Below, in pieces: positions 39,701 to 50,800 of a DNA stretch of 64,000 nt. The DNA lies in sequence record DRR378314_2032; one strand, written 5' to 3'. Each line of letters begins with the position of its first letter. Position 1 is the first letter of the stretch. The notes under the pieces were generated by a model. It saw only the letters and a program-made list of their open reading frames with translations. It was not told the origin of the DNA and made no database searches. Position numbers and translations under genes: made by a program.

Positions 39701-39878
39701 TTCACCATTTCACGATGAATCCGGTTTAGATCCAGAAACCAACTCTGGAACCAATCCTGACGGAACACGTCAAAACGTGGCCGTTGATACTGGTAATATC
39801 TCCGATGGTATCCCAACAGTTGGTTCAAATGCACCGACTACAAGAAATTTTATTTTAGGATTAAACATAACATTTTAA
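36741..39878 (+). CDS. susC: SusC-like TonB-dependent transporter
   Basis: Signal peptide, CarboxypepD_reg-like N-terminus, LDEVVVIGYG, ILKDASATAIYGSRGANGVILITTK, C-terminal F. Confidence 0.96.
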   Translation: MTKKSFFVFTNSKWSYPLHLYLTSFLLFVFCTTAFAQNTITVSGTVSDESGTPIPGVSVLVQNTTNGTSTDFDGNYTLEAASNATLEFRYLGFVTQTIAVNGRSSINVQLAEDTQKLDEVVVIGYGTQRKESVTGSVVSIKGDNLNEVQAGNFQQALQGRAAGVNITTTSTRPGAAPQIRIRGTRSLSADNNPLVVLNGIPFSGGLNDINPNDIESLDILKDASATAIYGSRGANGVILITTKSGTKGQKATVSYNTYYASKQVFAKFPMMNAAQLIQLRADVAANNGGVPIFNLGGDEFLGNDTDWQDQLYGTGLQTAHDFSIKGGTENGSYNIGLGYFKETSVLPGDSFDRYSLRVQIDQNVGDWLRFGVNSVTNFSETSGIVGPALDASPLLSPFDENGNYLESVRLQTQADDVWYPTRNEIRRIGKGRANEQLDFGTYNNIYGEVKIPGVDGLKYRLNIGLNYRASRDGNFTGQGVFNFNPTNPSTASYDASFTRDYVIENQLLYDKTFGKHQVNFVGLFSAQKTQFDNIGYAAQNIPNESSLWYQLDDDVILAEDLTRYGTGFSETGLLSYMARVLYQYDNRYLFTATLRTDGSSRLAPGNKYFTYPAMSVGWNVANESFMENVDWVNQLKFRAGYGETSNQAIAPYSVQGALSLVNYNFGETYTTGAFVNQLPAPDLGWEFSETFNYGLDFGLFNNRLSGSVEYYVTQTKDILLGVGLPESSGVGFTTRNIGDTENKGIEVALNATIFDNPDGFSWDIGFNAYRNRNKITALASGVERDEGNLWFVGSPINVIFDYERLGLWNQDDPGFEYLDQFEPGGNEGMIRVRYTGEFNEDGSPVRAVDPDDRIVQDPQPDFLGGFNTRLAYKNWDLNVIGAFQSGGILVSTLYSSAGYLNLLTGRRNNVDVDYWTPTNTDAKYPAPGGIQSGDNQKYASTLGYFDGSYLKFRAITLGYNFDQKLMSDAGFKSLRLYATVQNPFVLFSPFHDESGLDPETNSGTNPDGTRQNVAVDTGNISDGIPTVGSNAPTTRNFILGLNITF

Positions 39879-39885
39879 AAAATAC

Positions 39886-41808
39886 ATGATGAAAAGGATG
39901 AATAGAAAAGTTTTAACAACGGCAGTCCTATCCATTGCACTGTTCATAGGGTCGTGTACAAAAGATATCCTGGAGGAAGAACCAAGGGGTGTGTTGACCC
40001 CTGAGTTTTTCACAACAGAGCTTGGTGTTCAGGGTGGTTTGACATTTTTATATGAAACCATGCGTGACATTTATGGATTCGCTTACTTTATGAATTTAGC
40101 GGAGACAGGAACAGACGAATATTGTGCCGCCCAAAGTGCGGACAACAACTTTTTTGATTTGGATTTTGCAGGAGAAGGAAATTTGAATTCCAATTCAGGT
40201 TTTTCCGTAGGAATCGTTTGGGGTTCCAGTTTTCCTGCAATCAATACAGCAAACGGAATAATCGATAATGCAAGTGCCGTAGGCTTGGATGATGCATTGA
40301 TCGCTGAAGCTCGATTTTTCCGGGCTTTTTACTACTTCTTGTTGGTTCAGACCTATGGAGGAGTTCCTTTGGATTTAGGGTCTGGCGAATTGGCATTCAA
40401 TCAGTCGGCGGTTAGAACTTCAGTACGAAATACCGTGCCCGAAGTGTATACCAAAGCCATCCTGCCCGATTTGATTGCAGCGGTAAATGGTTTGCCCGAA
40501 AGTCCACGATTGACCGGAGCGGTAACCAAAAATGTCGCCCGTCTATATTTGGCAAAGGCATCTTTGACCTATGGTTGGTGGTTGGAAAACCCGAATGGAA
40601 TACCAACCTATCCAGAGGCTCCAAGAACCGATCCTGATGGTAATGGTCCTGCATTTTATTTTCAACAAGCTTACAACCAAGCGATAGCCGGTATTCAAGA
40701 TCCTGGACCTTACCGATTGTTGGAATATTTTTATGACGTTCACGATGGTGCCAACGACAGACACGAGGAAATGATGCTCTATTCTGACAGAACCGAAGGA
40801 AGCGCAATCGCCAATGGGGCACCTGTAAACGGTTTTGGTAGCACAGACGGTACCAATACTGCGGCATGGATGGTAACTTCCAATTATACCACCATCAGTG
40901 TTGATGGGGTCGCCGCAGTGCAACGTGAGGCAGGCCAAAGTTATGGAAGACCATGGACCCGTATGGCACCTACCATTGGTGCATTGACCGAAACCTTTAC
41001 CGATAAGGACATTGACTCCCGATACGATGGCACCTTTGTCACCAGTTATAGAGGTAACTGGGACAGAGCAGGCGATGAAACTCCTAGCCTTACTGCTGCG
41101 AACGGTCTCGAAATCGAGCCTGGAGATGCTGTGGTTTCGTTTTTGGATGAATTTAATCCCAATGTGGATTACAGTGTGAATGGAGGCGGTATTGGCGGAG
41201 GCGTAATTCCCGGCAGGTCCGATTATGTAATAAACCTTAATGAGATCAACCGAAGGTTTTATCCAGGTCTTTGGAAAATTGGAACCTACCGTACGGACAA
41301 TGACGGTGGTTTAGGTCAGCCAAATGCAGGATTGACAAGACCATTTCCCATCGCCAAATTTTCAGAATTCTACCTTGTAGCGGCCGAAGCGGCTGTAAAA
41401 GGTGCGACCGGAGCCTTCACCGCTCGTGAATTGGTGAATGTTATCCGTGCACGTGCCGGTATGTGGCGTTTTGATAATGGAGAACAGGAAGAGCGTATTG
41501 AAGATAATAGTGCCGCTATGACTGCAGCAACTCCAGCCACTATCGATATTGATTATATTTTGGCAGAGCGATCAAGGGAATATTTTGGCGAATGTCATCG
41601 TTGGTATGATTTGGTTCGTACCCAAAAATGGAACGAATATGCAGATTCTTATGAAATTGCAGGAAACGATGCAGCAGATCACAGTCCAACCACCACGAAT
41701 AGGACTATTCAACCATTCCATTATCTCAGGCCAATACCACAAAGTCAACTCGATGATTTGGATTTTACGGAAGCTGAAAAAGATACATATCAAAACCCTG
41801 GATACTAA
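39886..41808 (+). CDS. susD: SusD/RagB glycan-binding lipoprotein
   Basis: Lipobox GSC, AEARFFRAFYYF, ERSREYFGE..RWYDLVR, C-terminal QNPGY. Confidence 0.95.
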   Translation: MMKRMNRKVLTTAVLSIALFIGSCTKDILEEEPRGVLTPEFFTTELGVQGGLTFLYETMRDIYGFAYFMNLAETGTDEYCAAQSADNNFFDLDFAGEGNLNSNSGFSVGIVWGSSFPAINTANGIIDNASAVGLDDALIAEARFFRAFYYFLLVQTYGGVPLDLGSGELAFNQSAVRTSVRNTVPEVYTKAILPDLIAAVNGLPESPRLTGAVTKNVARLYLAKASLTYGWWLENPNGIPTYPEAPRTDPDGNGPAFYFQQAYNQAIAGIQDPGPYRLLEYFYDVHDGANDRHEEMMLYSDRTEGSAIANGAPVNGFGSTDGTNTAAWMVTSNYTTISVDGVAAVQREAGQSYGRPWTRMAPTIGALTETFTDKDIDSRYDGTFVTSYRGNWDRAGDETPSLTAANGLEIEPGDAVVSFLDEFNPNVDYSVNGGGIGGGVIPGRSDYVINLNEINRRFYPGLWKIGTYRTDNDGGLGQPNAGLTRPFPIAKFSEFYLVAAEAAVKGATGAFTARELVNVIRARAGMWRFDNGEQEERIEDNSAAMTAATPATIDIDYILAERSREYFGECHRWYDLVRTQKWNEYADSYEIAGNDAADHSPTTTNRTIQPFHYLRPIPQSQLDDLDFTEAEKDTYQNPGY

Positions 41809-41859
41809 AAAGCTTTGAGTTTGTTTGAGTTAGTTTAGTTAATTTTTATTTCATTACTG

Positions 41860-41896
41860 TAAAAAGGTTGTCTAAAAATATTAGATAGCCTTTTTA
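41860..41896 (+). terminator. Terminator after susD
   Basis: TAAAAAGGTTGTCTAA/TTAGATAGCCTTTTTA stem (G-U pairs). Confidence 0.75.
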
Positions 41897-42141
41897 TGTA
41901 TTAAATTTAATTGAATGCGTTTTGCTGATTTTACAATAGGAGTCCATTGTTGGTTATCATTTTTTTCTGATAAAATACATCCAACTTTATCGTATTGTCG
42001 GAACTTGGTTCAATGACCTATTCTATAGAGAGTAAATACTTTGCATAATCACTCAGAACTATTTTCGTGAATTAAACATAGCTTATTCCTTTACCTATAC
42101 ATAAAACCACTACACCTATTGATATTCTTAATATTATTCCA

Positions 42142-45100
42142 ATGACGGGTACCCAAAGAATCTTGACATTGATCTTGTTTCCAATTTTTTTATCCTCCTG
42201 TAATCCAAAAAATGAACTTAAGAGTAAAAAAGCGGAAGGGGCCGCTCTTTTTAGTTTGCTGGACAATGGTCAAACCAATGTTCATTTTGAAAATACGGTA
42301 AAGGAAACGGCAGATTTTAATGTCCTAAATTACTACTATACCTATAACGGTGGAGGGGTTGCGATTGGGGATGTTAACAACGATGGGCTGGACGACCTCT
42401 ATTTTACCTCTAACCAACAATCCAATAAACTATATTTAAACAAGGGCGATTTTAAATTCGAGGATGTTACGGCTACAGCCAAGGTATCGGATGCCCAAGG
42501 GTGGAGCACTGGAACGACTATGATCGATATCAACAACGACGGATGGATGGACATTTATGTCTGCAAATCTGCCTCCTTGAATAATAATTTGCTGCGTAGA
42601 AACAAACTCTTTGTCAACCAGAAAGATGGAACTTTTAAGGAAGAAGCCGCAAAATGGGGGCTGGATGACGATGGTTTTTCAACACAGGCTTATTTCTTTG
42701 ACTACGATAAAGATGGTGATTTGGATATGTATCTCATCAATCACAGGGTGGATTTTTTAAATTCCATCAATTTGGAGGGCATTCTCAAAGACCAAGATTT
42801 TTATCCCCAAACCTCCGATCACTTATATAGAAATGACGGAAACGGTTTTACCGATGTTACCATCAATAGCGGACTCATGAACAAGGAATTCAGCCTAAGT
42901 GCCGCCATAGGTGATTATAACAACGATGGTTGGTTGGATGTATTTGTGGCCAACGATTTCATCACCCCCGACAAACTCTATATCAATAACAAGGACGGTA
43001 CGTTTTCCAATCAGATTGATCAGCGCCTAAAGCATATTTCCTATAGCAGTATGGGTTCGGATATTGCCGATATCAACAATGATCTTTTACCGGATTTAAT
43101 GGTCTTGGATATGTCAGCGGAAGACCATAGCAGGGGCAAGCAAAATATGCCCAGTATGAACACCAATGGGTTTTGGTGGATCGTTAGGGCGGGTTTTCAC
43201 TATCCATACATGTCCAATGTGCTCAACTTGAACAATGGGAACGGATACTTCAGTGACATAGGCCAATTGGCGGGTGTATCAAAAACCGATTGGAGTTGGG
43301 GACCCTTGATTGCGGACTATGACGGCGATGGTTTTAAGGACGTTTTTATCACCAATGGTATTAAACGTGAAATTGCAAACCAGGACTTCGGTAATTTCCT
43401 GGACACGGAACAGGAAACCGTGAAAAATATGCCCATTGGTTCACTCTTGGATAAAATGCCGTCAGAAAAATTACAGAACTACGCCTTTAAAAACGAGGGG
43501 GGACTGGAGTTTACCAAAGCGACCAATGATTGGGGCTTTGGGCAAACCGTAAACTCCAATGGAGCTGCATACGCTGACCTGGACAATGATGGAGATTTAG
43601 ATCTGGTCATCAATAATCTTGAGGATGAGGCCAGTATTTACAGAAACAACGCAACGCACAATTTTATAAATGTTAAACTCAAAGGCGACGGACAAAACCT
43701 TAATGCCATCGGAACCAAGGTCAAGGTTTTTACCGATCTGGGAAATCAGTATCAAGAGCTGTTTTTGTCAAGGGGCTACCAATCTTCCGTATCCCCATCC
43801 TTAAATTTTGGCATTGGTGACCAAACAGAAATAAAACGGATTGAAGTGGTCTGGGGCAATGGAAATATAACCGTTCAGGAGCATATTGCAGCCAATCAGA
43901 CCCTTACGTTTCAACAAAAAAATGCCAAAGCCGGGGTTCAGGAATCCAAACTCGCTTTTTCAACACATTTCCAAAGGATACATCCCGAAGATTTGGGTAT
44001 TGACTATCGGCACGAAGAAAATAACTTTAATGACTTTTCAAAACAGGTGCTATTACCTCAGAAACAATCGCAACAAGGACCGGCTTTTGCTGTTGCTGAT
44101 TTAAACAACGACGGTTTGGATGATTTCTTTGTGGGAGGTGCATTGGACCAAGCTGGGAAAATATACCTTCAAAAACCGAATGGTAAATTTGAAAGGCTAG
44201 ATCAATCGATTTTTGAAAACGATAAGGAATATGAAGATGTAGGCGCACATTTTTTTGATGCCGATAACGACAAAGACCTAGATCTTTATGTGGCCAGTGG
44301 TGGATATGAATTGGATGAGCGAAACCCTTTGCTCCAGGATAGACTGTACCTGAACGATGGAAATGGAAATTTTACACGGTCCAGAAGGCTGCCTAACATC
44401 ATTTCGAATACAAAAGCCGTTCAATCCCATGACTATGATGGTGACGGGGATATGGACCTTTTTATAGGGGGCCATGTGGTACCGGGCAAATATCCCTTGC
44501 CTTCCAGTTCTTATGTCCTGGAAAATAAGGGCTCCCGATTTGTTGATGTCACGGAATCGGTTGCCCCGGATTTTAAGAATCTGGGCATTATCAATGATTT
44601 GTTGTTTTCCGATTACGATCAAGATGGTGACAAAGATCTCATGGTTGCCGGAGAGTGGATGCCCATCACCATTTTGAGCAATACCGACGGTGTTTATACC
44701 AAGGCTAAACCAAAGGCTTTGGAGCAAACCGCTGGTTGGTGGAATACTATCGCTGAAATTGACTTTGATCAAGATGGTGACTTTGATTATTTTGTTGGAA
44801 ATTTGGGAAAAAACAATAAGTTTCACCCGTCTGCCGAAAAACCACTTCATATTTACGGTACCAACCTTGGTGATGATGCCAATTATGATATGTTCCTCAG
44901 CAAAAATTATCGAGGCAACCTTGTCCCGGTCAGAGGCAAGGAATGTTCTACCCAACAAAATCCCTTTGTTAGCGAAAAAATTAAGTCTTATAAAGAATTT
45001 GCAAATTCCACTTTGGAAGATATTTATGGAGAAAATGTACTGGAAAGTTCATACCATAGAAAGGTTACTGAGTTTGGCTCGGTATATTTAGAGAATAAAG

Positions 45101-45432
45101 GAGGTGGGGATTTTGAGGTGAAACCGTTGCCCAACCCAGCCCAGATGGGCCCTACAATGTCCTTTGTATTTATGGATGTCAATCAAGACGGAAATATGGA
45201 CGTTATTGGTGCGGGCGCTATTCATGAGGCTGAAGTGGAGACCGTTCGCTACGATTCAAACATTGGCTATGTGCTGCTAGGAAGCGCTGAAGGTGGTTTT
45301 GACCCATTTAAAGACATCAATTTTTACAACGACCTAAACGCCAAAAAAATGAAGCTGGTCAATATTAAAAATGAACCTTATTTCATTATAGCGAACAACG
45401 ACAGACCCGTAACCGTATTTAAGGTTAACTAG
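42142..45432 (+). CDS. FG-GAP/VCBS repeat + ASPIC/UnbV lipoprotein
   Basis: Lipobox LSSC, many DxN/DxDG repeats, central NAIGTKV...RGYQSS...FGIG ASPIC/UnbV pattern. Confidence 0.87.
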   Translation: MTGTQRILTLILFPIFLSSCNPKNELKSKKAEGAALFSLLDNGQTNVHFENTVKETADFNVLNYYYTYNGGGVAIGDVNNDGLDDLYFTSNQQSNKLYLNKGDFKFEDVTATAKVSDAQGWSTGTTMIDINNDGWMDIYVCKSASLNNNLLRRNKLFVNQKDGTFKEEAAKWGLDDDGFSTQAYFFDYDKDGDLDMYLINHRVDFLNSINLEGILKDQDFYPQTSDHLYRNDGNGFTDVTINSGLMNKEFSLSAAIGDYNNDGWLDVFVANDFITPDKLYINNKDGTFSNQIDQRLKHISYSSMGSDIADINNDLLPDLMVLDMSAEDHSRGKQNMPSMNTNGFWWIVRAGFHYPYMSNVLNLNNGNGYFSDIGQLAGVSKTDWSWGPLIADYDGDGFKDVFITNGIKREIANQDFGNFLDTEQETVKNMPIGSLLDKMPSEKLQNYAFKNEGGLEFTKATNDWGFGQTVNSNGAAYADLDNDGDLDLVINNLEDEASIYRNNATHNFINVKLKGDGQNLNAIGTKVKVFTDLGNQYQELFLSRGYQSSVSPSLNFGIGDQTEIKRIEVVWGNGNITVQEHIAANQTLTFQQKNAKAGVQESKLAFSTHFQRIHPEDLGIDYRHEENNFNDFSKQVLLPQKQSQQGPAFAVADLNNDGLDDFFVGGALDQAGKIYLQKPNGKFERLDQSIFENDKEYEDVGAHFFDADNDKDLDLYVASGGYELDERNPLLQDRLYLNDGNGNFTRSRRLPNIISNTKAVQSHDYDGDGDMDLFIGGHVVPGKYPLPSSSYVLENKGSRFVDVTESVAPDFKNLGIINDLLFSDYDQDGDKDLMVAGEWMPITILSNTDGVYTKAKPKALEQTAGWWNTIAEIDFDQDGDFDYFVGNLGKNNKFHPSAEKPLHIYGTNLGDDANYDMFLSKNYRGNLVPVRGKECSTQQNPFVSEKIKSYKEFANSTLEDIYGENVLESSYHRKVTEFGSVYLENKGGGDFEVKPLPNPAQMGPTMSFVFMDVNQDGNMDVIGAGAIHEAEVETVRYDSNIGYVLLGSAEGGFDPFKDINFYNDLNAKKMKLVNIKNEPYFIIANNDRPVTVFKVN

Positions 45433-45707
45433 GGGACTAAATTTGGGTTTAGATTACTACTACTAACTAACCTTAAATATTAAATTGCTCGGTCGGAGCT
45501 TGCAAAGCTTCACTCCTGCCGCAACTTGGATACTTTTCCATTGAAAACCCAAGATAATGATCAAAAATAGGTTAATCGAAACACTCGTTCGACAGTGTTT
45601 TTGTTCTTTGAAAATTGCTAAAAATTCAACAAAATTATATCCTCTTCAAAAAATCACTTTCTGAAAAAGCCAATTGCTAAAAAAAATATTTTTTTTACAA
45701 AAATTTT

Positions 45708-45747
45708 ACGCAATCGATTGCATCATAACGTTTATTATGTATATTTA
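45708..45747 (+). promoter_or_regulatory. LacI-type operator overlapping a promoter
   Basis: ACGCAATCGATTGCAT at 45708-45723; TTG(45718)-N19-TATATTTA(45740-45747), same layout as the susC promoter. Confidence 0.72.
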
Positions 45748-45822
45748 CAATATTGGGATTTTTACTCATACTTTTTTACTGTAATCAAATTAATTAACCA
45801 TGCAAATTTAAAACTTCATAAC

Positions 45823-46173
45823 ATGACCAATTATTTCTTTAGATGCTTATTTAGCGATAATCGGTTTAAATTACAGCTTATACTTTGTTTGAGCTTGTTG
45901 TTTTTCATTGATGTAAATGCGCAAGATTTAACAGTTCCCGGAGCAGTATCAGCTGAATCCGGATTATCAGTTTTAAGTTTATCCATTTTTATTGTTAGAC
46001 CCGTATCACGTATCGCAATCGATTTAGAAAGTAACCATAACTTACACTGGGAGACATCAAACCCGATATTGGAATTCGCTTACTTCGAACTTATCAAACA
46101 AGATGCTGTTGCCAAGGCAAGGTTAAATTCCAGTCTAGATCATAGAAATCAACAAAATAACAATAACGCATAA
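45823..46173 (+). pseudogene. Degenerate SusC N-terminal fragment (signal peptide + CarboxypepD_reg-like domain); may still be translated
   Basis: AQDLTVPGAVSAESG...D..N..L...SNPILEFAY...Q aligns with AQNTITVSGTVSDESG...D..N..L..SNATLEFRY...Q of 36741..39878; no plug or barrel. Confidence 0.6.
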
Positions 46174-46251
46174 GATGGTTTGTTACTAAAATTCCATTGG
46201 ATTCATCTATTAGCACAAAACATAAGATAACTAAATTAAACCACTAAAATC

Positions 46252-47766
46252 ATGTCAAAAACTCTTAAATTCATAGGTAGCTTTTTAGCAGTTCTTGCAA
46301 TTGTTCTTGCCGTAAGCTGTGAAGATGACGATTTATCTGCCACTGCCGTAAATGTGACCAGCGTTGAGTCGGATAATTTTTATCCTGGTGATGAAGTAAG
46401 TATGCAGGGTAGTAATTTTGAGGCAGTTCTATTTGTCTTTTTGGAAAATAATCAGATTCCCTTTCAATTGGATGGGGATGTCTTAACTTTTACACTTCCA
46501 GATAACGCACCCATTGGCGAAGGAACAGTTACCTTGGTAATGCCCGATGGCTATATCGTTACCCGTAATATTGAAGTAGTCGCAAGACCGTTTCCAATTA
46601 TTACGGCACTGTCCACCAGCGCCGCTCCAGAGGGAGACGAAGTTACACTTAAAGGAACATCTTTAAATAACGTCCAGTCCGTAACCATTGGAGAGGTTGA
46701 GGCAAGCGTGGTTTCTTCAACTGCTACCGAGTTGACAATAACCGTGCCCTCGGGTCTAGAGGAAAACTTGGAGGCTCCCATTACAGTGGTTACCTCTGGA
46801 GGGGAAGCATCAGCTCCCGGAAAATTTTATGTGGGTGAAAATTTACTGTTGAACGGAGGATTTGAACTAGGTGACGGAGATGAATTCACCAACTGGTCCA
46901 AGTTTAATGGCGGTGACGGAATGACTGCCACCACCGAAGATGGTGAAGCTTTTTACGGAAGATCATTACGTGCCGTAGGTGTAGGTGGAGATGCTTGGAG
47001 AACACAATTGGCCAGCGATGCTGCCGCAACGCAAACTGATGTGGAATACACCTTGTCCATGTGGATAAAAGGGCAGCCCGGAACTCCTGGGGATGGTGGG
47101 AATATCAGATTTTCAACTACTCCAGACGCACTTTACAGTGCCAATTACGACATCACAGCGGAATGGCAACAAATTGAGTGGGTATTTACTGCCAATGCTT
47201 CACCAGCAAGTGCAGTACTAGACCTTGGTGTTGTTGCGGATGCTGTATATTTTGTAGATAATGTTACTTTGGTTGCCACAGGTCTTTCAGGCCCACAACC
47301 CACCGAAATTTTACTTAATGGTGGATTTGAAGAAGGGGACGGAGATGAATTCGCCAATTGGAGTAAATTCAATGGAGCCGACCTATTGACCGCTACAACA
47401 GTGGCCGATGAAGTCCGAAGTGGCGACAGGGCCCTTAGGGCTGTTGGATTTGGGTCGGACCCTTGGAGGACACAAATTGCCAGTGATGCCGTTCCTACCG
47501 AGGATGGTGTAGAATATGCGGTCAGTTTATGGATCAAAGCGGCAGTGGGCCCAGGTGATGGCGGTATCATAAGAATGTCCACCGCAGGTAACGGTGATCC
47601 CCAATACCAAGCTGATGTAACCGTAACTACCGAATGGCAAAAAGTTGAGTGGCTATTGACTGCCAACAGCACACAGACACAAATTGTGTTAGACCTTGGA
47701 GCTACAGAGAATGGAGTTTATTTTATTGATGATGTCAGTGTTTTGGCACCACCGCAAGAAGAGTAG
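46252..47766 (+). CDS. Surface glycan-binding lipoprotein: IPT/TIG domains + two CBM4/9-like modules
   Basis: Lipobox AVSC, IPT pattern (GDEVTLKGTSL...ELTITVP), duplicated LLNGGFE...W..Q...YFVDNV modules. Confidence 0.82.
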   Translation: MSKTLKFIGSFLAVLAIVLAVSCEDDDLSATAVNVTSVESDNFYPGDEVSMQGSNFEAVLFVFLENNQIPFQLDGDVLTFTLPDNAPIGEGTVTLVMPDGYIVTRNIEVVARPFPIITALSTSAAPEGDEVTLKGTSLNNVQSVTIGEVEASVVSSTATELTITVPSGLEENLEAPITVVTSGGEASAPGKFYVGENLLLNGGFELGDGDEFTNWSKFNGGDGMTATTEDGEAFYGRSLRAVGVGGDAWRTQLASDAAATQTDVEYTLSMWIKGQPGTPGDGGNIRFSTTPDALYSANYDITAEWQQIEWVFTANASPASAVLDLGVVADAVYFVDNVTLVATGLSGPQPTEILLNGGFEEGDGDEFANWSKFNGADLLTATTVADEVRSGDRALRAVGFGSDPWRTQIASDAVPTEDGVEYAVSLWIKAAVGPGDGGIIRMSTAGNGDPQYQADVTVTTEWQKVEWLLTANSTQTQIVLDLGATENGVYFIDDVSVLAPPQEE

Positions 47767-47827
47767 CGCCTAACTTGGTACTAAGGAATGGATCAATATT
47801 CTTTTTCATATTAAACTAAGATTTTTG

Positions 47828-47856
47828 AAAGGCTGTCATTGTGATGGCCTTTTTTT
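47828..47856 (+). terminator. Terminator after the CBM lipoprotein
   Basis: AAAGGCTGTCA-TTG-TGATGGCCTTTTTTT. Confidence 0.75.
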
Positions 47857-47877
47857 ACTTTGCTATCCTTAAGAATT

Positions 47878-50800
47878 ATGGGAAGAACACATAAACATTG
47901 GGTTTTTATATTCCTTTTAGCCGCCTTGATAAACTGTGACAAAGTTGATGTCAAAAAGAAAAAGGCCTCAGATGCCCCTACCCTATTTTCATTGGTGCCC
48001 AGAGCAACTACGGGGATCGATTTTAAAAATACCGTCGAGCAAAATATCGATTTCAACTACATCGAATATGTGTATGCATTCAATGGAGCGGGAGTGGCAA
48101 TTGGAGACATCAATAATGATGGCCTCGAGGACATCTATTTTACCTCAAATCAAAATTCCAATAAGCTATACCTAAATCAAGGTGATTTTAAGTTTATGGA
48201 TGTAACGGAAAAAGCTGGTCTGGAGGATAGCGATGGCTGGACCACGGGAGTATCCATGGTGGACATAAACAACGATGGTTGGCTGGACATCTACGTATGC
48301 AAATCGGCATCCCTCAGAAATGATGAACTTCGAAAAAACAAGCTTTTCATCAATCAAAAAGATGGAACTTTCAAAAATGAGGCAAAGCAATGGGGATTGG
48401 ACCAAAATGGCTTTTCCGTGCAGTCCTATTTTTTTGATTATGACAAAGATGGTGACTTGGACATGTATTTGGTCAATCACCGTCACGATTTTGGCCAGAG
48501 CAATACCATAGAAAATAGAGCGGAACGGGAATATTTTAAAGAGACCTCGGACCATTTGTTCAGAAACGATGGGGACACCTTCACGAATGTTACGCTTCAG
48601 GCCAAAATAATCAACAAAGAATGGGGCTTGAGTGCCTCCATTGGCGATTTTAACAATGATGGTTGGCTCGATGTGTATGTGGCCAACGATTTTATTCATC
48701 CGGATTATTTATATATAAACAACCAAGATGGAACTTTTTCAAATCAAATAGATACCAGGTTCAAGCACATTCCATTCAATGGGATGGGTTCTGATTATGC
48801 TGATATAAACAATGATTCTTTCCCCGATTTGGTGGTTTTGGACATGCTCGCCGAAGACCATAGACGTGGTAAGGAAAATATGGCCTCAATGAACACTCAG
48901 GGCTTTTGGAAAATGGTCAATTCGGGCTACCATTATTCCTTTATGGCAAACACACTCCAATTGAACAACGGTAACGGTTCTTTTAGCGACATCGGTCAGT
49001 TGGCAGGTATATCCAAAACAGATTGGAGCTGGGCGCCATTGATCGCCGATTTTGATAATGACGGGTACAAGGACATTTTTGTTTCCAACGGAATCGAAAG
49101 GGAACTGGGCAATCAGGATTACAAAAAAGAGTCCGTTAGACAGCAAAAGGAAAAAGGAGCCATGACCGTTCAAGAGATGATGGACATCATGCCTTCGGAG
49201 AAAATATCAAACTATATCTACCGAAACAACGGTGATTTCACTTTTGAAAAAAAGATTGATGATTGGGGTTTGAGCAAAAAAATAAACACCAATGGCGCTG
49301 CCTATGCCGATCTGGACAACGACGGTGACCTTGATCTGGTCATGAACAATATGTCCGATCAGGCAACAGTCTATGAAAATAATTCAACCCATAACTACGT
49401 CAACATTAAGCTTATCGGGGATGAAAAAAATGTGAAGGCCGTTGGCGCCAAAGTCAAAGTCTACTCCAAAGAAAAAACGCAATACCAAGAACTGTTTCCG
49501 TCCAGAGGATACCAGTCATCCATGGGGTATCAACTAAATTTTGGTCTGGGCGATGAAGAAAAAATTGACCGTGTTGAAGTGATATGGGGCGATAACACCG
49601 TATTGGCTATGGAGGATGTAGCCGTTAATCAAACACTTGTTTTCGATAAAAAAGATTTTAAGTTTGATGGAATAATGCCCGAAAAAAAGATTAAAAATTT
49701 CGCAAGCATTGATCCCGATAGTTTGGGAATAACGTTCAACCACCAAGAAAACAACTTTAACGATTTTGATTTACAGACCTTACTGCCTCAAAAGCAGTCA
49801 CAAAAAGGCCCTGCATTGTCTGTTGCAGATGTGAACGGAGACGGACTGGAGGATTTCTACGTGGGCGGCGCATTGGATCAAGCGGGAGAAATGTACCTGC
49901 AAACCCAAGATGGAAAATTCAATAAGGCCATTACATCCTTGCTTTCAAGTGAAAGCAGATACGAAGATACCACCTCTCTTTTCTTTGATGCCGATACCGA
50001 TGGGGATTTGGATTTATATGTGGGCAGTGGCAGTTACGAGGTCGGTGAAGACAATCCGTTACTCCAAGACCGACTTTATATAAATGATGGAAAGGGCAAT
50101 TTTTCAAAAACCAACAGGTTGCCCAAAATGTTGGGCGTCACAAAAACAGTTGCCACCAACGACATTGATGGCGACGGAGACTTGGACTTGATTGTAGGCG
50201 GGCAGGTGATTCCCGGAAAATATCCCCTTTCATCCAAGACTCATTTACTGAAAAATGAAAATGGCCGCTTTATTGATGCAACGGAAGAACTCGCTCCAGA
50301 ACTTGCGGATATTGGGATTGTAAACGATTTGCTTTTTACAGATTATGATGGGGACGGTGATAAAGATTTAGCTGTTGTCGGGGAATGGACTCCCATTACC
50401 TTTTTTGAGAATCAGAACGGGAATTTCACCAAAACAGCAATACCATCTTTAAACCAAACCGAGGGTTGGTGGAATACCATTACCGAAGTGGATTTGGACA
50501 AGGACGGCCAGATGGATTATCTGGTGGGCAATTTGGGGGACAACAACAAGTTCCACCCCACAAAAGAAAAACCGCTCCATATCTATTCCACCAATTTTGA
50601 TGCAGATGGCAAATACGATATGGTGTTGAGCAAATACTACAAAGGCAAACTAGTTCCCGTCCGAGGGAAGGAGTGTTCCACGGAACAAAACCCTTTTGTG
50701 AGCGAAAAGATTGAAACCTATAAAGAATTTGCCAATTCCACCTTGATTGACATCTACGGAGAGGAGGAATTGGATGCCGCCTATCATAAACAAGCGCACG

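Noticed and set aside
44278-44958. 226-aa minus-strand ORF (and 48172..48699, 47145..47672, 57981..58523)
   Set aside because: Wholly antisense to well-supported genes with no recognisable motifs; shadow ORFs
45718-45822. TTG-start N-terminal extension of the 151-aa ORF
   Set aside because: The TTG lies inside the operator/-33 element; ATG 45823 gives a proper signal peptide
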